Source: Neodothiora populina
Taxonomy: Eukaryota
Reading direction: 5' to 3'
Length of the DNA: 64,000 bases
Assembly: GCF_041146345.1 (NCBI RefSeq)
Contig: NW_027191406.1
Span: forward strand, 434,001-498,000
Every line of letters starts with the position of its first letter. Position 1 is the stretch's first letter. Below the pieces are notes generated by a model, which saw only the letters and a list, made by a program, of their open reading frames with translations, made no database searches and had not been told where the DNA came from. This document shows, piece after piece, positions 60,796 through 64,000 of this stretch. A program made the translations under genes and the position numbers.

Positions 60796-62768
60796 GCCCG
60801 ACGTATTAGCCTGCCGTCAGTGGTCAGGGACGGCTCGTCTTCATCAAACTATAACTGAGCGCTTGTCCAGCAATACGACCAAGGTATAATAAAGTACAGG
60901 AAGGCACCCGGAAAGGCTTCGCGTTCTTCGCACTTGAGGCGTAAATTGGAAGTCGCGGGGTTCTTCCACAATCTTGGCGTTTCATCTGTCCTCCAGCTGT
61001 CACAACCCTCTTGTCGAAATAATGCTGTAAAAGTAAAAGTAAGCACGACAAGGTTACAGTACTTGCCTGTCACATGGCATACTGGTTCCTCACGGAATGG
61101 CTCGGTCTGCCACGACATGCCTGTTCTCCAGTGCACGTTATCCAAGGCCACCACGCAATGGGCCAATTCAAACCTGATCTACAGGCCTCACTCTCACTTG
61201 CACATCATGGTTAAGCGAGCGTTGCTGGATGACCATGGCAGCGTCACGCAAATATCAGAGGGGGCCACATGCTTCTCTGAACAATGGCAATACTATATAA
61301 TCATCCACTCTCGCCACTCTGAAAGACGAACATCCATAATATGTGCTGGCAGCATCTGTGATTGCAGATCAGCCTAGCCAACACGTGATTAGTGGACCAT
61401 GGTGCCTCTTCCATCGTCGTGCACAGCTGAGCTGCAGCTGCATGCGGTGATGCCAGATGGTCTTTGACACGGCACGGGCTATCGTCGATTTGTTTCAAGA
61501 TGACAGACCCAGTATGCGACTGAGACACATGGCGCCTGACGGAATCCATATCCGCATTGCATGTCGATTCGAGTGGTGTGGCTCGTCAGCACTGCACTAT
61601 CGGGCGACAAATGCGATGGAGAGCTCGGACATGCACTGGCTCGACGGGATTGTTTCAAATCTTCCAACTCGAAGATAGCGTAGATAGACATGCGAGAACC
61701 GTAGCCATTGCAGAGCCTTTCGGCCACGGTAGTAGCTTTCACAGTGCAGCAAGTATTAGCAATTCAAGTCGACTGCAGTAGCCAGGCAGAATACGAACTC
61801 GATGCCCGCACCCCCTTTCTAGTCCAGGGGAAACTCTCCTCCGTGTTTACCCTTGCAGTAGCCTTCCACCAACTGTGGGAAATCCCTCATTTTGCTTTCC
61901 AGCTGCGTGTTCTGTGTCTACCGCAACCACGATCCCCTTTCTCTCCGATTCTAGCTTGTAACAAGCACTTCCTATCGCTATCCTTCTCCAGACGCCCTCG
62001 CAGCAGTAAATAATACCTTCCTGCGGTCTGTCTGTTTATTCACTGTGTCCTTGTTTTCCCACCTTAGCTTTTACTGTATCATACCTATTATTCTGTCATC
62101 CACACCGCGCACGCGTCACCGGTTCGCCCGTCCACGATCCGCCGAAACCGAGCTCCAGCTTCCACCTTCCAAGTTGCTGCACTGTATCATCTTCGTCAGA
62201 TCATACCTTACACAGCTGCCTTTTGAGTAAAACAATTCAAGCATACTAAATTCACCAACGTGCGGGCTGCGCCAAACTGCTAGAGCAGCAGCAAAAAGTT
62301 TACAACTTCCACAGGAGCTCCCGAATCTTTGCTGTTGGCCTACCATCATAACATCAATTGTTGTCGAACAGAAACAGCGAGAGAAATAGCCACAACGCTA
62401 CTCGACGCTGGAGAAACCATAGCATTATCATCATCATCTCCAGGTCTCTCGACTGTCATCACGCCATCCACGGTTTGCACAAGATTCTCCTTCTGGCTGG
62501 CATCCGCGACGCAACTCTGAACATATCCACAAAGTTCCGGTTTCTGGCAAACCGCGCACTTTGCTTTTTCATATAGCGTGTCTACACCTGTCGTTTTGCA
62601 AAACAACTGCATCCGACCTGATTCCCGACAGATACTCCTCTTGGAAGATAGAGACGGCAGGGCAAATCGCGTAGAGCGAAACTTACGCTTGGTCGATCCA
62701 GTCAGGAAATCGGTAAAGACTGCTAAGCAGCTTTGTCGAAAACATCATCGAAGTCTGCAGCTGCAAAC

Positions 62769-64000
62769 ATGGCTCCAGCTTCTCGACCTGAGCACAAAAT
62801 CAACCTCGACAATCTGCCGCAGATGAACTTCGGACAGCCGCGGTCTGCGGCTTCGACTGCTGGCAATTCTCCCGTCGAGGCACCGGCCGGCACTGGCCTG
62901 AGGTATCCGCTCGGCAACAGCCTGGCCAACACTGGTAGCATGGGTCTTGTTAATAGGACTGGAGCTGGCTCTCCGTCCAAAGAGTTCGGCAGTCGCCTGT
63001 TCAGCAAGCGCGCCCGTGAGATACAGGCTCAAGAGGGCATCAACCCGCAAATATGGGGTCCTCCCACCACTAACAGCGGCCACTCGACCCCCTTACGTGA
63101 GACCATCCCCGAGTCGCCAAGCAATGACAACTTCCCCGACTTCGATCAGTCCGCCGATGACCTCTCGCCTGCTGCTCCCTCGGCCGGACGTCGCTTGCGT
63201 GCCGGAACCGTGCCTTCACGATTTCCTCCCGTTGGCAGTGTCCCTCTGAATGGGCAGAATTCGAATCCTTCATTGCAACAGCCCAAGTCATCACGTCCCT
63301 CTCCATCCTCGAGTCCTCTGCAAGCTGCGCCGTATGGGTCTGTCGGTGAGGCCGCTCCGGGTGCAGCAGGAATAAACGCTTCTCAAAGGTCGCTCCTGTC
63401 AAGGCTACGCGCTGGTTCTATGCCACAGCGGGCCAACATACTGAACAGCCAGAGTCCATTTGGTCCATCATACTTCTCGAATGGTTGGTCCGGTGGTCGA
63501 GAGCGAGCCAGCACGTTACAGAGCATTCGATCCAACGATGGTCCTTCTTCTCCAGCTCAGTCTTCGAGGGATTCCTTCGCCGAAGGCGATGTCAAGACCC
63601 TGGACTACCTCGGCCTCGTCGATAACCCTCACTCTGCAAGAGCCTTGGATGCTGCCATGATGGGAGGAAACCAGCCACCACTGGTCCACCCAACCATCGC
63701 GGATCTGGCTGCGCTGAACGCCTACAACAAGACGGCCAACCGCTTCAGGTCGTACTCGGTCAATGCAAAAGAAAAGTATGCAGACGGCGAGGATGATGAC
63801 ATGGCTCAACTGGACGAGTACAGTAACATTTACGGTACACCTCTGACGCCTTCATCCGAGGTTACGGCAGCTCAAGCTCTGGCGGTACAGGAGGCTGTTC
63901 GTCAGCACAACCTTGACGTTCAGGCCTTTGCGACTCTTGCAAGTGCGAACAGACCCCGTGCGAGGACCGCAGGCGTGCTGGACTCTCCGTCCTCGAGACT
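62769..64000 (+). CDS. N-terminal part of a probable Jsn1/Puf2-like Pumilio RNA-binding protein (runs off the window)
   Basis: Frame open from ATG 62769 to the window end, with motifs SKRAREIQAQEG..IWGPP..SGHSTPLRE.IPESP, RRLRAGTVPSRF, KTLDYLGL and NRPRARTAG. I recall these from Pezizomycotina Jsn1-type proteins; the PUF repeats are not in the window. Confidence 0.65.
   Translation, partial: MAPASRPEHKINLDNLPQMNFGQPRSAASTAGNSPVEAPAGTGLRYPLGNSLANTGSMGLVNRTGAGSPSKEFGSRLFSKRAREIQAQEGINPQIWGPPTTNSGHSTPLRETIPESPSNDNFPDFDQSADDLSPAAPSAGRRLRAGTVPSRFPPVGSVPLNGQNSNPSLQQPKSSRPSPSSSPLQAAPYGSVGEAAPGAAGINASQRSLLSRLRAGSMPQRANILNSQSPFGPSYFSNGWSGGRERASTLQSIRSNDGPSSPAQSSRDSFAEGDVKTLDYLGLVDNPHSARALDAAMMGGNQPPLVHPTIADLAALNAYNKTANRFRSYSVNAKEKYADGEDDDMAQLDEYSNIYGTPLTPSSEVTAAQALAVQEAVRQHNLDVQAFATLASANRPRARTAGVLDSPSSR

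Noticed and set aside
646..64000. Numerous antisense or alternate-frame ORFs nested in long genes
   Set aside because: Expected shadows of GC-rich, codon-biased coding sequence.

Overview
Eukaryotic, gene-dense DNA from a filamentous ascomycete (Pezizomycotina; the Dothideomycete-like look is only an inference). It has short GT-AG introns with CTRAC branch points. About 22 protein-coding genes can be supported, mostly housekeeping: PDS5, a PARN/CAF1 nuclease, CWC15, RDS3/PHF5A, CSN6, an epoxide hydrolase, NUC1/EndoG, a VIP36-type lectin, TIM13, GUT1, a RING-PH-vWA (Far1/Ste5-type) protein, TTI1, EFM3, RPS24, VPS72 and a 5'-partial view of a JSN1/PUF2-like gene. Several spliced genes are missed or fragmented by the ORF track and were reassembled by hand. 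I recognised no transposon, tRNA, rRNA or CRISPR array. The best leads are: (i) an apparently spliced, hairpin-rich, probably non-coding transcript divergent from NUC1 (~29.1-29.9 kb); (ii) a protein joining a WRKY/GCM1/FAR1-like zinc domain to a degenerate C-terminal Zn2Cys6 cluster; (iii) a secreted six-Cys protein with a mucin-like poly-Asp tail; (iv) a TACAGTA/TACTGTA heptamer enriched in non-coding DNA. All identifications are by eye, with no database searches.
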